DNA of 64,000 nucleotides from Isoptericola halotolerans (GCF_013149785.1 NZ_JABEZU010000003.1:62001-126000), one strand, 5' to 3'. Shown: positions 45,623 to 55,082, numbered from the stretch's first letter. Notes: generated by a model not told the origin, from the letters alone. A program made the numbers and translations.

Positions 45623-46114
45623 TCAGCCGAGCTCCGACGTGCCCGCGTAGAGGTGGAGCACCGGCACGTGCAGCACCTCACGGGCACGGGAGGCCCAGTC
45701 CGTGTGGAACGTGTCCTCCACGGCGTGCGGGTAGGTCACCACGACGACCTCGTCGCCACCGTCGGACACGGCACGTCGCAGGGTGGGCAGCGGGTCGTCC
45801 TCGGTGACCTCGCCGGAGGCCACGGAGCCGGCAGCTCGCAGGAGCCCCACCGACTCGGCGACCTGCTCGGCGGCGGTCGCTGTCGCCTCCGCCGGGTCCG
45901 GCTCGCGCCCGACGAGGTCCTCCCAGGCCGCGCGCAGCTCCAGCATGCCGAGGTGGTCGAGCACCGACGCCACGACGTTGTGCTCCGTGTCCGCGGGGAC
46001 GAGCACCCGGTAGGTGACGTCGTCGTCGGGGTGCAGCGACGTGATGTGCTCGACGTCGGCCGAGGTCAGTGCGTCTTCGGTGAGGACCACGACGGTCCGA
46101 GGTGCGTCCGGCAT
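45623..46114 (-). CDS. Conserved hypothetical protein (USP-like fold)
   Basis: VLTEDAL, VLVPAD, DEVVVVTYPHAVEDTFHTDWASRAR..L.VPVLH. Confidence 0.65.
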   Translation of the reverse strand: MPDAPRTVVVLTEDALTSADVEHITSLHPDDDVTYRVLVPADTEHNVVASVLDHLGMLELRAAWEDLVGREPDPAEATATAAEQVAESVGLLRAAGSVASGEVTEDDPLPTLRRAVSDGGDEVVVVTYPHAVEDTFHTDWASRAREVLHVPVLHLYAGTSELG

Positions 46115-46123
46115 GGCAGCAAC

Positions 46124-46918
46124 CTACGGCACCGTCGCCGCCGGTGCCCGGTGAGCCTCCGGGTGACCGCGCAGGTCCCAGCGGGCCAGCTGGGTGCCCG
46201 ACGGCGCGGCGAGCAGGTGGGCGAGCCGTGCCGCACGCACGCGGGCGGTGGCGGCCTCGCGAGCGGCGGCCACGATCCGGCCGGGACCCGGTCCCACGAG
46301 CAGGGGAGCGGTCGTCAGGCACAGCTCGTCCACCAGGTCCGCGGACAGCATCGAGGCCAGCAGGCGCGGACCGCCCTCGCACAGCACCCGGGACATCCCC
46401 CGCTCGGCGAGCGCGGCGGTGCCGGCCGCGAGATCGATCGTGTCGCCGTCGCCCGCCACGATCACCCGGTCGGCGCCGACCTGCGCGGACGCGGAGGTCT
46501 CACCGGCCGCACCGGTGACGACCCAGGGCGGTCGCGCGCCGTCCAGGACGCTGCCCGGGAGCCGTCCGCTGCGCGTGACCAGTGCCAGCTCCAGAGGCCG
46601 CTCGGCGAGGTGCCCCAGCCCACGGGGACGGGTCAGGGACGTGTATCCCTCGTCGCGGGCGGTCCCGGCGCCCACGAGCACGACGTCGGCGAGGGCGCGC
46701 AGGACGCGGAACACCCGCCAGTCGGCGGTGTCGTTGATCGAGCCCGACCGGCCGTCGTCGCCCCAGGCGCCCCCGTCCACGCTGACGATCATGTTCGCGC
46801 GCACGTGCCGGCGCGCGGGCAGGGCGTACAGCGAGGCCAGTCTCCGTTCCGCCGGGTCGGCGGGGACGTCCTCCGGTTCCGGGAGCAGCAGCCGCAGCGG
46901 CGGGGTGGTCGAACTCAC
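46124..46918 (-). CDS. RibD C-terminal/dihydrofolate reductase family protein
   Basis: ANMIVSVDG, DVVLVGAGT, LCEGGP, VDELCLT..P. Confidence 0.85.
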   Translation of the reverse strand: MSSTTPPLRLLLPEPEDVPADPAERRLASLYALPARRHVRANMIVSVDGGAWGDDGRSGSINDTADWRVFRVLRALADVVLVGAGTARDEGYTSLTRPRGLGHLAERPLELALVTRSGRLPGSVLDGARPPWVVTGAAGETSASAQVGADRVIVAGDGDTIDLAAGTAALAERGMSRVLCEGGPRLLASMLSADLVDELCLTTAPLLVGPGPGRIVAAAREAATARVRAARLAHLLAAPSGTQLARWDLRGHPEAHRAPAATVP

Positions 46919-46956
46919 AACGGCCAGCGTACGGCTCGGACGTAGGCTGGAGGATC

Positions 46957-48051
46957 GTGACCGCCGTCCAGTCCTCCACCTCCCGCGCGATCCCGGGCCC
47001 CGACGACCTCACCCCCAGGTCCCTGGTGTCGGTCCGGCCCGCCGTGTCGTCCCGACGGCTGCTGGACGACCTCGTCCCGCCGCCGCACTTCGACGACGCC
47101 CGGTTCTCGACGTACCGGGCCAACCCGGAGCACCCGAGCCAGGCTCGCGTCCTGTCGCGCCTCGAGGAGGTGGCGGCCGAGATCGTCGCCCCGGCGCCCT
47201 CCGGTCTGCGGGCGCTGCTGGGCCGCCGTCGGCCGGCGCCGGCGGTGTACATGGACGGCGGGTTCGGCGTCGGCAAGACGCACCTGCTCACCTCGCTCGC
47301 GCACGCCGTCACCGAGGCCTCGGGCGAGGGGAGCGCCGCCTACGGCACCTTCGTGGAGTACACGAACCTCGTGGGTGCGCTGGGCTTCCTGCCCACCGTG
47401 GACGCCCTCGCCGGCCGCCAGCTGGTCTGCATCGACGAGTTCGAGCTGGACGACCCGGGCGACACCGTGCTGATGTCGCGACTCCTGCGTGAGCTCGCCG
47501 ACCGCGGCGTCGCGCTCGCCGCGACGTCCAACACCCTGCCCGACGCCCTGGGGGAGGGGCGGTTCGCCGCCGAGGACTTCCTGCGCGAGATCCAGGCGCT
47601 CGCCGAGCGCTTCGAGGTGCTCCGCGTCGACGGCGAGGACTACCGTCACCGAGCCGTCGTGACCGATGCCGAGCCGTTGCCGCTGGAGTCGGTCCGGGCG
47701 GCGGTCGAGGCCCGGCCACGAGCGGCGCTGGACGACTTCGCCGATCTCCTCGCCCACCTGTCCACGGTGCACCCGAGCCGGTACGGCGCCCTGCTCGACG
47801 ACGTCGAGATGGTCGCGCTGACCGGGGTGCGCCCGGTGACCCGTCAGGAGGTCGCGCTGCGGCTGGTCGTGCTGATCGACCGGCTCTACGACCGCGACGT
47901 CCCGGTGCTGCTCGCCGACGTGGACGCGGCGGCGCAGCGGGCGCTGTTCACCGACGAGATGCTCCGCGGTGGCTATCGCAAGAAGTACTTCCGGGCGCTC
48001 TCCCGCCTCGGTTCCCTGGCCCAGGAGGGCCGGCGCCTGGCCACCGACTGA
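46957..48051 (+). CDS. zapE: Cell division ATPase ZapE (AFG1 family)
   Basis: GGFGVGKTHL Walker A, CIDEFE Walker B, TSN, DYR. Confidence 0.88.
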   Translation: MTAVQSSTSRAIPGPDDLTPRSLVSVRPAVSSRRLLDDLVPPPHFDDARFSTYRANPEHPSQARVLSRLEEVAAEIVAPAPSGLRALLGRRRPAPAVYMDGGFGVGKTHLLTSLAHAVTEASGEGSAAYGTFVEYTNLVGALGFLPTVDALAGRQLVCIDEFELDDPGDTVLMSRLLRELADRGVALAATSNTLPDALGEGRFAAEDFLREIQALAERFEVLRVDGEDYRHRAVVTDAEPLPLESVRAAVEARPRAALDDFADLLAHLSTVHPSRYGALLDDVEMVALTGVRPVTRQEVALRLVVLIDRLYDRDVPVLLADVDAAAQRALFTDEMLRGGYRKKYFRALSRLGSLAQEGRRLATD

Positions 48052-48061
48052 CCCGGACGGG

Positions 48062-49726
48062 TCAGGTCTGCTCGGCGGCGACGTCGCGGCGCAGCACGAC
48101 GATCGCGCGGGCGGGCAGCCGGAGCCGGCCCGCGACCAGGTGCGTCGCCTGCTGCCCCCAGGAGGCGGCGACCCGCCAGGACCCGACGGGCGCGGGCAGG
48201 TGCTCGGACAGGTCGATCTCGACGCCGTGGGGCTGCGTCACGGTCGCCAGGGCGCTGTCACCGCGGCGCAGGACCAGCACGCCGGGCCCGGTGCTCGACT
48301 CGACACGGCGGGCGAGGTCGGCGAGCGACGACGGGCGCAGCGTCAGGAGCTGACGTGCCCAGGCCACGAGGCGTCGCGAGGCCAGGTCGGGCATGGCCAC
48401 CGGCACGTGCTCGGTGTCGAGCACCAGCGGGGTCCCTGCGAGCGTCGCGAACGCGAGCAGCGCGGCGCGGGCGTCGACGACCGTTCGCGGCGCGGGTGCC
48501 GCGGTACCGGAGCGGGCGCTCTCGGACCAGGGTGTCGCGTGCGCGGCGGCGGGGAGCCGGGTGAGGTCGTCGACGAGCACCGGTGCCGACCGGGCGGCCG
48601 CCCGGTGCGCACGTCGCAGGGTGGCGGGGGCGCGGGCGTGCACGCCACCTGGCGGGAACGCCGCGTCGGCGATCTCCAGGAGGTCGTGCGTGGGCTCCGG
48701 TCCGTCGTCGGTGAGGATGCGGCCGACGACGGACGTGAGCCGGTCGCTGCGGCCCGGTCCGTCCATGAGGAGGGTGCGCAGCCGGCCGGTACCAGCCGCG
48801 ACGGCCTGGACGGCCTCGGCGAGCTCGCTGAGGAAGGGCATGCCGGAACGGTCCACGAGGACCTCGACGTCCAGCAGGAGCCCGTCGACGTGGTAGTCCT
48901 CGAGCCAGCGCCGCGCGTCGGCGACGAGGAAGTCGCGGGCTCCCCGGTTGCCCGACCCGTCGAGGTTGATCCGCGGGCTGTCGCGCCGCTGCGCCGTGCC
49001 GGAGCGCGGTCCGATCCGTGAGCCGCTCGCGTAGGGGCCGAACGCGTGCAGACCCAGGGCGTCGGCCACGGCCCAACGGTGCGGGAGGTCCAGGACGACG
49101 GCGAGTCCCGCCTGGTGCGCACGGTCGACGAAGCGCTGCAGGGCCGCCGGGCCGCCGTAGCGGTCGTGCACGGCGAAGAGCCGTACCCCGGCCTCGGGTC
49201 CAGCGACGGGGTCGAAGGCGGAGAGCGGCGAGAGCTCGACGCCGTCCACGCCCAGCGCCGCGACGGCGGGCAGCAACCGGCCTGCGGCATCGAGGGTTCC
49301 GTCGGGGGTGGCGGTGGTGACGTCGAGGTGCAGCAGGACGCCTCGGGTCAGGTCCACGCCGCGCCAGGTCGAGTCGTGCCAGGTGAAGTCCTCGTCGAGG
49401 ACCCGGCTGGGGCCGTGGATGCCGTGCGGCAGGAGGGTGCTGCAGGGGTCGGGCAGGGGAGGGCCGCCGTCGATCGAGAACGCGTAGTCGGTGCCGGGCG
49501 GGAGACGGTCGTCGGCGCGCCAGTATCCCGGTTCGTGCGCACCGACGAGGCGCATGGTCCGCCGGACGGGCGTGCCGGTCGCACGGGGCAGCACGACCTC
49601 GACGGAGCGTGCACGCGGCGCCCAGACGAACGGTTGGCGTCCGGGCCAGCGTTCCTTGGCCCGGGGTTGCGGTGCACGGGTGCCGGGGGCGAACGCTGCC
49701 TCGTCGGGAGGATCGGCTGCGGTCAC
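48062..49726 (-). CDS. TreZ-like GH13 protein with degenerate catalytic motifs
   Basis: VWAP...DP.S...P.G.HGPS N-domain and YGGP..L.RFVD.AH..GLAVVLD as in TreZ, but catalytic regions altered; start 49726 (GTG) or 49738 (ATG). Confidence 0.75.
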   Translation of the reverse strand: MTAADPPDEAAFAPGTRAPQPRAKERWPGRQPFVWAPRARSVEVVLPRATGTPVRRTMRLVGAHEPGYWRADDRLPPGTDYAFSIDGGPPLPDPCSTLLPHGIHGPSRVLDEDFTWHDSTWRGVDLTRGVLLHLDVTTATPDGTLDAAGRLLPAVAALGVDGVELSPLSAFDPVAGPEAGVRLFAVHDRYGGPAALQRFVDRAHQAGLAVVLDLPHRWAVADALGLHAFGPYASGSRIGPRSGTAQRRDSPRINLDGSGNRGARDFLVADARRWLEDYHVDGLLLDVEVLVDRSGMPFLSELAEAVQAVAAGTGRLRTLLMDGPGRSDRLTSVVGRILTDDGPEPTHDLLEIADAAFPPGGVHARAPATLRRAHRAAARSAPVLVDDLTRLPAAAHATPWSESARSGTAAPAPRTVVDARAALLAFATLAGTPLVLDTEHVPVAMPDLASRRLVAWARQLLTLRPSSLADLARRVESSTGPGVLVLRRGDSALATVTQPHGVEIDLSEHLPAPVGSWRVAASWGQQATHLVAGRLRLPARAIVVLRRDVAAEQT

Positions 49727-49901
49727 GCCCGACACCATAGTCCTGTCCGGGCGTCGGCGGCGCGAAGGTCCGCACTGCGGTGCGGCCACGGACGGGGGCG
49801 GCGGGGTGACGTGGCGTGACGCGATGGTATCGATTCGAGGTCCTGATAAAAAAGTGTGCCAAGCGGGAGCGAGCAGAGGCCTGCACTGGTAGACCTGGAG
49901 C

Positions 49902-50135
49902 ATGAGCACAGACCAGGGGGAGGGCAGCCCCGCACCGGGCCGGCATCTCCTCGACGAGTCGATCGCGTCGCAGGCCCGGATCGCGCCGCGCCGCCGGTCG
50001 CTCACGGAACCGCACGGCGACCCGCGGCGAGGCGGGGACGCGACCAAGGCGCCGACCTCGCTGTCGCAGCCGGAACGACAGGCGCACGACGGAGCGTCGA
50101 GCGGGCACTCCTGGGACGACCCCGACGAGCTCTGA
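49902..50135 (+). CDS. Small hypothetical protein (77 aa, hydrophilic)
   Basis: ATG preceded by GGAG; fills the gap between two minus-strand genes; no recognisable family. Confidence 0.45.
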   Translation: MSTDQGEGSPAPGRHLLDESIASQARIAPRRRSLTEPHGDPRRGGDATKAPTSLSQPERQAHDGASSGHSWDDPDEL

Positions 50136-50151
50136 CAGCTCCGGGGAGCCA

Positions 50152-50475
50152 TCAGCGCGGTCGGCGGTCCGCTCCCACCTCGATCAGCCGCGGCATGCCC
50201 GCGGGCGCCACCTCGCTCACGGCGAGGTAGCGCGCCTCGGCCCGGTGAAGCCGGATGTGCTCGTCCAGCGACCACTGCGGCCCGTTGCGCAGGACCATGC
50301 CGCACGAGCAGTCGATCTCCACGCTGCCGTCGTCGTGGTGGCGGGCCTGCCCGACGGTGACGTGCGAGGCGCGAGCCCGCACCTTGGCGCGATGCATCAC
50401 GGCGGAGACGGCCGGAGGGCTCTCGGCGCTGCGGGCGGGTTCCACGTCGGCGAGCCTACCCGTCGTGCCCGTCAT
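50152..50475 (-). CDS. Small hypothetical protein with CxC...HxxxH putative Zn site
   Basis: ATGA-coupled to the nuclease stop; CSCG...EHIRLH. Confidence 0.6.
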   Translation of the reverse strand: MTGTTGRLADVEPARSAESPPAVSAVMHRAKVRARASHVTVGQARHHDDGSVEIDCSCGMVLRNGPQWSLDEHIRLHRAEARYLAVSEVAPAGMPRLIEVGADRRPR

Positions 50476-51218
50476 CCCTCCGTCGGCAGAGGCTCGTCGG
50501 GGCAGGTGGACAGGACCCGCACCATGGCGTCCCGTTCCGCCTCGGTGACCCACAGCTCGTAGCGCACCTTCACGGCGACCTGCCGGGCGACGTACTCGCA
50601 GCGGTACGGCGTGTGCGGGGGCAGCCAGGTGGCGGCGTCGCCGTCTCCCTTGGCGCCGTTGGCGGGACCGTCGACGGCCAGGAGGTTGAGCGGGTCGTTG
50701 GCGAACTCCCGGCGGGTCTCGGTGTCGAGCTGCTGGGCACCCTTCTGCCAGGCGTCCGACAGGGCGACCACGTGATCGATCTGCACGGCGGTCGACGTGG
50801 TCTGCCCGCGCTGGAACTCGATCACCGTGCCGGTGAACGGCTCGGCCAGGGTGCCGGTGAGGACCACGCACTCCTCGGTGCCGTCCTGGTAGGTCACCTC
50901 GGTCAGGTCGCGGGCCAGGATGTCGTTGCGGGTGTCGCACCCGTTGCGGTCGACGTCGGCCCAGGCGGGACCGAACTCGTCCCGGTCGTACCCCGTCTTC
51001 GGCGCGCGCCCCTTGACCTCGAGCTGGTCGACGCCGGCCAGGGCGGTTCCTGGTGACGCAGTCGTCCCTGCCCCGGTCGTCAGGGTGGCGAACGGCCCGT
51101 CGGTGCCGGAGGCGAGGTCGTCGACCAGGACGACACCACCGGCGAGGAGGACGGCGACCAGCAGCATGAGCAGCCGTCGGCGGCCCCGCGGGCCGGTGGT
51201 CGAGGGCGGTCGCGACAC
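50472..51218 (-). CDS. Secreted/membrane-anchored HNH endonuclease (DUF1524-like)
   Basis: N-terminal TM, GYDR..FG..W.D, CDTRN.IL, IDHVV.L..AW, NLLAVDG..N..KGD; start GTG after AAGGAG. Confidence 0.85.
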   Translation of the reverse strand: MSRPPSTTGPRGRRRLLMLLVAVLLAGGVVLVDDLASGTDGPFATLTTGAGTTASPGTALAGVDQLEVKGRAPKTGYDRDEFGPAWADVDRNGCDTRNDILARDLTEVTYQDGTEECVVLTGTLAEPFTGTVIEFQRGQTTSTAVQIDHVVALSDAWQKGAQQLDTETRREFANDPLNLLAVDGPANGAKGDGDAATWLPPHTPYRCEYVARQVAVKVRYELWVTEAERDAMVRVLSTCPDEPLPTEG

Positions 51219-51293
51219 GGATGTCTCCTTCGTGAGGTTCGTCCGCATCCTGGCGGACCTGGTCGACCGCGACGAGCAGCGTCGCTGGGACGA

Positions 51294-51327
51294 CGAGAGC
51301 CCCGGACCGATCGGTCCGGGGCTCTCG
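51294..51327 (-). terminator. Perfect 34-bp palindrome 3' of tRNA-Val (copy 1)
   Basis: CGAGAGCCCCGGACCGATCGGTCCGGGGCTCTCG. Confidence 0.75.
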
Positions 51328-51330
51328 CGG

Positions 51331-51405
51331 TGGTGGGCGATACTGGGATCGAACCAGTGACCTCTTCCGTGTCAGGGAAGCGCGCTACCGCTGCGCCAAT
51401 CGCCC
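51331..51405 (-). tRNA. tRNA-Val(GAC)
   Basis: GGGCGATTGGCGCAGCGGTAGCGCGCTTCCCT-GAC-ACGGAAGAGGTCACTGGTTCGATCCCAGTATCGCCCACCA cloverleaf with encoded CCA. Confidence 0.96.
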
Positions 51406-51406
51406 G

Positions 51407-51482
<76 letters not shown>

Positions 51483-51532
51483 ACGGCCGGACAGGCCCGA
51501 GGAGAAATCCCCGGCGATCCGGCGCCTGTGGA

Positions 51533-51563
51533 ACATTACTGGACGTACCGCGTGCTGGTCCAA
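51533..51563 (-). promoter_or_regulatory. Putative promoter of Gly-Val tRNA unit
   Basis: TTGGAC-N19-TAATGT, same layout as the promoter at 52286-52316. Confidence 0.55.
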
Positions 51564-51610
51564 TCGCGCCGGGTGTGACCTGCACCTCGACCGCGCGAGG
51601 AGGGCCGCCG

Positions 51611-51889
51611 TCAGGCGGACTGCCGGGCGGCGAGGCGGGCCTGGACCTCCGGGCGGCGCAGAGGAGGGACGGACGGCGGGGGCTGCTTCCGGGCAGGAAG
51701 CTCGCCCAGCAGCCGCGTCACGATCGCGGCGATCTCGGCCGCCGCGGTCTCGCACGGCTCGCGCGACGCGGCGGCCGCGTTCGACGCGACCCCGGTGACC
51801 TTGCGGACGAACTGGGCGGCGGCCGCCTCGATCTCCTCGGGGGTGGCCGGCGGCTCGAGGCCGCGCAGCGTGGTGATGTTCCGGCACAT
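51611..51889 (-). CDS. DUF2277 family small protein
   Basis: MCRNITTLRGLEPPAT.EEI.AAA.QFVRKV.G. Confidence 0.85.
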   Translation of the reverse strand: MCRNITTLRGLEPPATPEEIEAAAAQFVRKVTGVASNAAAASREPCETAAAEIAAIVTRLLGELPARKQPPPSVPPLRRPEVQARLAARQSA

Positions 51890-51922
51890 GGCCACGACGC
51901 TACGCCTGGCGGGTGGGCCATG

Positions 51923-51960
51923 CACGAGAGCCCCGGACCGATCGGTCCGGGGCTCTCGTG
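51923..51960 (-). terminator. Perfect 38-bp palindrome 3' of tRNA-Val (copy 2)
   Basis: CACGAGAGCCCCGGACCGATCGGTCCGGGGCTCTCGTG. Confidence 0.75.
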
Positions 51961-51961
51961 G

Positions 51962-52036
51962 TGGTGGGCGATACTGGGATCGAACCAGTGACCTCTTCCG
52001 TGTCAGGGAAGCGCGCTACCGCTGCGCCAATCGCCC
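51962..52036 (-). tRNA. tRNA-Val(GAC)
   Basis: Identical to 51331-51405. Confidence 0.96.
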
Positions 52037-52037
52037 G

Positions 52038-52108
52038 AGGTGGGTACGGGATTCGAACCCGTGTATACGGCTTTGCAGGCCGCTGCCTCGCCTCTCGGCC
52101 AACCCACC
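52038..52108 (-). tRNA. tRNA-Cys(GCA)
   Basis: GGTGGGTTGGCCGAGAGGCGAGGCAGCGGCCT-GCA-AAGCCGTATACACGGGTTCGAATCCCGTACCCACCT. Confidence 0.95.
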
Positions 52109-52166
52109 AGGAGAAGACGTGCTCTCCCGCTTCCTCGTCTCCGAGACCGCAGGGAGGGGGCCTCCG

Positions 52167-52239
<73 letters not shown>

Positions 52240-52285
52240 GCGACCGGGCATCGAGGGTGACCCCCGTCGTTCCGGCGCGAGGGAA

Positions 52286-52316
52286 ACACTAGTTGACCCA
52301 TCCCGAATACGTCCAA
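52286..52316 (-). promoter_or_regulatory. Putative promoter of Gly-Cys-Val tRNA operon
   Basis: TTGGAC-N19-TAGTGT, preceded by GCGA as in the other unit. Confidence 0.55.
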
Positions 52317-52365
52317 TCGCCGCAGGCGGTGTGGCGAGGGCGCGGCCTGACATACCGTTCGCTGC

Positions 52366-53472
52366 GTGGACGAACCGACCTCCTGGGCCTCCTTCGCCGG
52401 CCGACTCGCCGTCGACGTCGTGGAGTGCGTCGATCTGGAGCACGACGCGCACCGGCTCGCCGAGCCGGGGCCGTGGTTCGTCGTCGTCGACTTCGAGTCC
52501 TTCGGCCGGGGCGGGCGGGCCCGTGCCTGGCGCTTCGCCCGCGTGTCCGACGGTGGCCCACCCGGCGGGACGTCGCCGTCAGGCAGCGCCTGGCAGGGCC
52601 CTGAGCCGGGGGACTGGCACAGCTCGATGGACCGCGCGACCTACGAGGCCGCCGTGCGCCGGGTGCGCGAGCACGTCCGCGAGGGCACCGTCTACCAGGT
52701 CAACGTCTGCCGGGTGCTGCAGGCACCGTTGCCGGCCAGGGGCGACCGCGTCACCGGCGAGCCGGACGCCGCGGCCCTCGCCGGACGCCTCGCCGTCGGG
52801 AACCCGGCACCGTACGCGGCCGCCGTGCACGTGCCCGCAGGCTCCGGCGTCGACCCGGTCTGGGTCGTCTCGGCGTCACCGGAGCTGTACCTGTCCCTGG
52901 ACGGCGGGGACCTGGGGTCGGGCCCGATCAAGGGCACCGCGCGCACGCCGGCCGGGCTCACGGCGAAGGACCGGGCCGAGAACGTCATGATCACCGACCT
53001 GGTGCGCAACGACCTGCACCGGGTGTGCCGACCGGGGACGGTCGCCGTCACCGACCTCCTGGCCGTGGAGGAGCACCCAGGCCTCGTGCACCTCGTCTCC
53101 CGCGTCCACGGCGCGCTGTCGGAGACCGTCGCCACGTCCGCCGATCGTTGGGGGAGCGTGCTGCGTGCCACGTTCCCGCCGGGCTCCGTCTCCGGGGCGC
53201 CCAAGTCGTCGGCGCTGCGGATCATCGAGGAGCTCGAGACAGCCCCCCGCGGGCCGTACTGCGGCGCGGTGGGCTGGGTGGACGGCGGCCGGGCCGAGCT
53301 CGCCGTCGGCATCCGGACCTTCTGGTGGGAACGCGGCCCGCACGACGACGGCGTGCTGCGGTTCGGGACCGGGGCAGGGATCACCTGGGGTTCGGACCCC
53401 GCCGCGGAGTGGCGCGAGACGGAGCTCAAGGCAGCGCGCCTGGTCGGGCTGGCCTCGACGACCAGCCGATGA
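52366..53472 (+). CDS. Chorismate-binding protein (PabB/ADC synthase component I-like)
   Basis: YQVN, SASPELY, PIKGT, ENVMITDLVRNDL, FPPGSVSGAPK, RGPYCGAVG, GAGITW.S. Confidence 0.88.
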   Translation: MDEPTSWASFAGRLAVDVVECVDLEHDAHRLAEPGPWFVVVDFESFGRGGRARAWRFARVSDGGPPGGTSPSGSAWQGPEPGDWHSSMDRATYEAAVRRVREHVREGTVYQVNVCRVLQAPLPARGDRVTGEPDAAALAGRLAVGNPAPYAAAVHVPAGSGVDPVWVVSASPELYLSLDGGDLGSGPIKGTARTPAGLTAKDRAENVMITDLVRNDLHRVCRPGTVAVTDLLAVEEHPGLVHLVSRVHGALSETVATSADRWGSVLRATFPPGSVSGAPKSSALRIIEELETAPRGPYCGAVGWVDGGRAELAVGIRTFWWERGPHDDGVLRFGTGAGITWGSDPAAEWRETELKAARLVGLASTTSR

Positions 53473-53501
53473 GTTCGCGGCCCCGGCCGGGTCGTCAGGG
53501 C

Positions 53502-54113
53502 ATGACCCTCGTGACCTGTGACCTGTCAGTCTCCCTCGACGGCTACGCCGCCGGCCCTCGCCCGACGCGTGAACGCCCCTTCGGGGACGTCGTGGGCACC
53601 GGTGAGGTGCTGCACGGCTGGATGTTCGACCACGCTCCGGACCACGCGGACGAGATCGCCCGGATCGTCGACGCCGGCGCCTTCGTGATGGGTCGGCGGA
53701 TGTTCGGCCCGGACAGCGGGCCCTGGGACCTCGGCTGGCGCGGCTGGTGGGGCGAGGACCCGCCGTACCACGCGCCGGTGTTCGTCCTCACGCATCACGA
53801 GCGTGACCCGTTGCCCATGGAGGGCGGCACCACCTTCCACTTCGTCACCGGAGGCCTGCGCGAGGCGGTGGCGCGCGCCCGCGACGCCGCCGGGACGCGG
53901 GACGTCGCCGTGGCCGGTGGCGTCACGACGGTGAACGCCTGCCTGGCTGCGGGGCTGATCGACGAGCTGCGCCTGCACGTCTCGCCGGTGGTGCTCGACA
54001 TCCCGGGCGGGGTGCGGCTCTTCGACGGCGTGGGCCGCATCGGGCTCGAGGCGACCGACGTGCGGCACACGCCCGAGGTGACGCACCTGACCTACCGGCG
54101 TCGGGCAGACTGA
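53502..54113 (+). CDS. Dihydrofolate reductase/RibD C-terminal family protein
   Basis: SLDGY.AGP, MGRRMF, PVFVLTH, AGG, IDELRLHVSP; alternative coupled start at 53469. Confidence 0.85.
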   Translation: MTLVTCDLSVSLDGYAAGPRPTRERPFGDVVGTGEVLHGWMFDHAPDHADEIARIVDAGAFVMGRRMFGPDSGPWDLGWRGWWGEDPPYHAPVFVLTHHERDPLPMEGGTTFHFVTGGLREAVARARDAAGTRDVAVAGGVTTVNACLAAGLIDELRLHVSPVVLDIPGGVRLFDGVGRIGLEATDVRHTPEVTHLTYRRRAD

Positions 54114-54117
54114 CCCC

Positions 54118-54984
54118 ATGAGTCTTGTCATCTGGGCCGAGGGCCGGTTGGTCGCAGCAGGGGAGGCCGCGATGAGTGCGGTCGACCACGGCATCACCGT
54201 GGGCGACGGCGTCTTCGAGACGTGCACGGTCTTCGACGGGCACGTCTTCGCGCTCACCCGTCACCTGGCGCGCCTCGCACGGTCGGCCAAGGGCCTGGGC
54301 CTGCAGGCCCCGGACGAGAGCAGGGTGCGCGAGGGCGTCGCGGCAGTCGTGGAAGAGATGGCTGCGACGGTGGGCCCGTTCGACGGCCGGCTGCGCATCA
54401 CCGTGACCGCCGGCGTCGGCCCGCTCGGCTCCGGGCGCGTGGAGGGGGCCCAGACGGTCGTGGTGGCCGCCCAGGACTCCGTCATGGCTCCCACCTCACG
54501 CTCGGTGCGCTCCCCGTGGCCGCGCAACGAGCGGTCGGCCATCGCCGGCCTCAAGACGACGTCGTACGCCGAGAACGTCGTGGCCCTCGCCCACGCGAAG
54601 GACCAGGGCGCCGACGAGACGATCCTGCCCAACACGGTCGGCGACCTGTGCGAGGGGACGGGCTCGAACGTCTTCGTCGAGCGGGCCGGCGAGCTTGTCA
54701 CCCCCCGGCTCGACACCGGGGCGCTCGCGGGCATCACCCGCGAGCTCGTGCTCGAGTGGGGTGCCGAGGCCGGCCTGCCCGTCCGCGAGGCGCGCGAGGG
54801 CGAGCTGCCGTTCGACGTGCTCGACGAGGTCAGCGCCGGGCGGGCGGGTCTGGTGCTCACGTCCTCGGGCCGCAACGTCCAGCCCGTGACCTGGCTCGAC
54901 GGCGTCGACGTCGCCGTGGGCGAGGTCTCGCGCGAGGTGCGCGACCTGTTCGAGGTGCGCTGTCGCGAGCGCCTCGACCCCTGA
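54118..54984 (+). CDS. Class IV aminotransferase / aminodeoxychorismate lyase (PabC-like)
   Basis: DHG..VGDGVFET, HL.RL..S, LKTTSY, EGTGSN, LAGITR. Confidence 0.88.
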   Translation: MSLVIWAEGRLVAAGEAAMSAVDHGITVGDGVFETCTVFDGHVFALTRHLARLARSAKGLGLQAPDESRVREGVAAVVEEMAATVGPFDGRLRITVTAGVGPLGSGRVEGAQTVVVAAQDSVMAPTSRSVRSPWPRNERSAIAGLKTTSYAENVVALAHAKDQGADETILPNTVGDLCEGTGSNVFVERAGELVTPRLDTGALAGITRELVLEWGAEAGLPVREAREGELPFDVLDEVSAGRAGLVLTSSGRNVQPVTWLDGVDVAVGEVSREVRDLFEVRCRERLDP

Positions 54985-55082
54985 GGCCTCACCTGGGCGG
55001 ACGCCCGTCGCGCTGTGGTCCACGCCGCAGCGGCCCGGTTTGGTCCCGCGCCCGATCTGTGACTACTATCGACCTCGCACTC

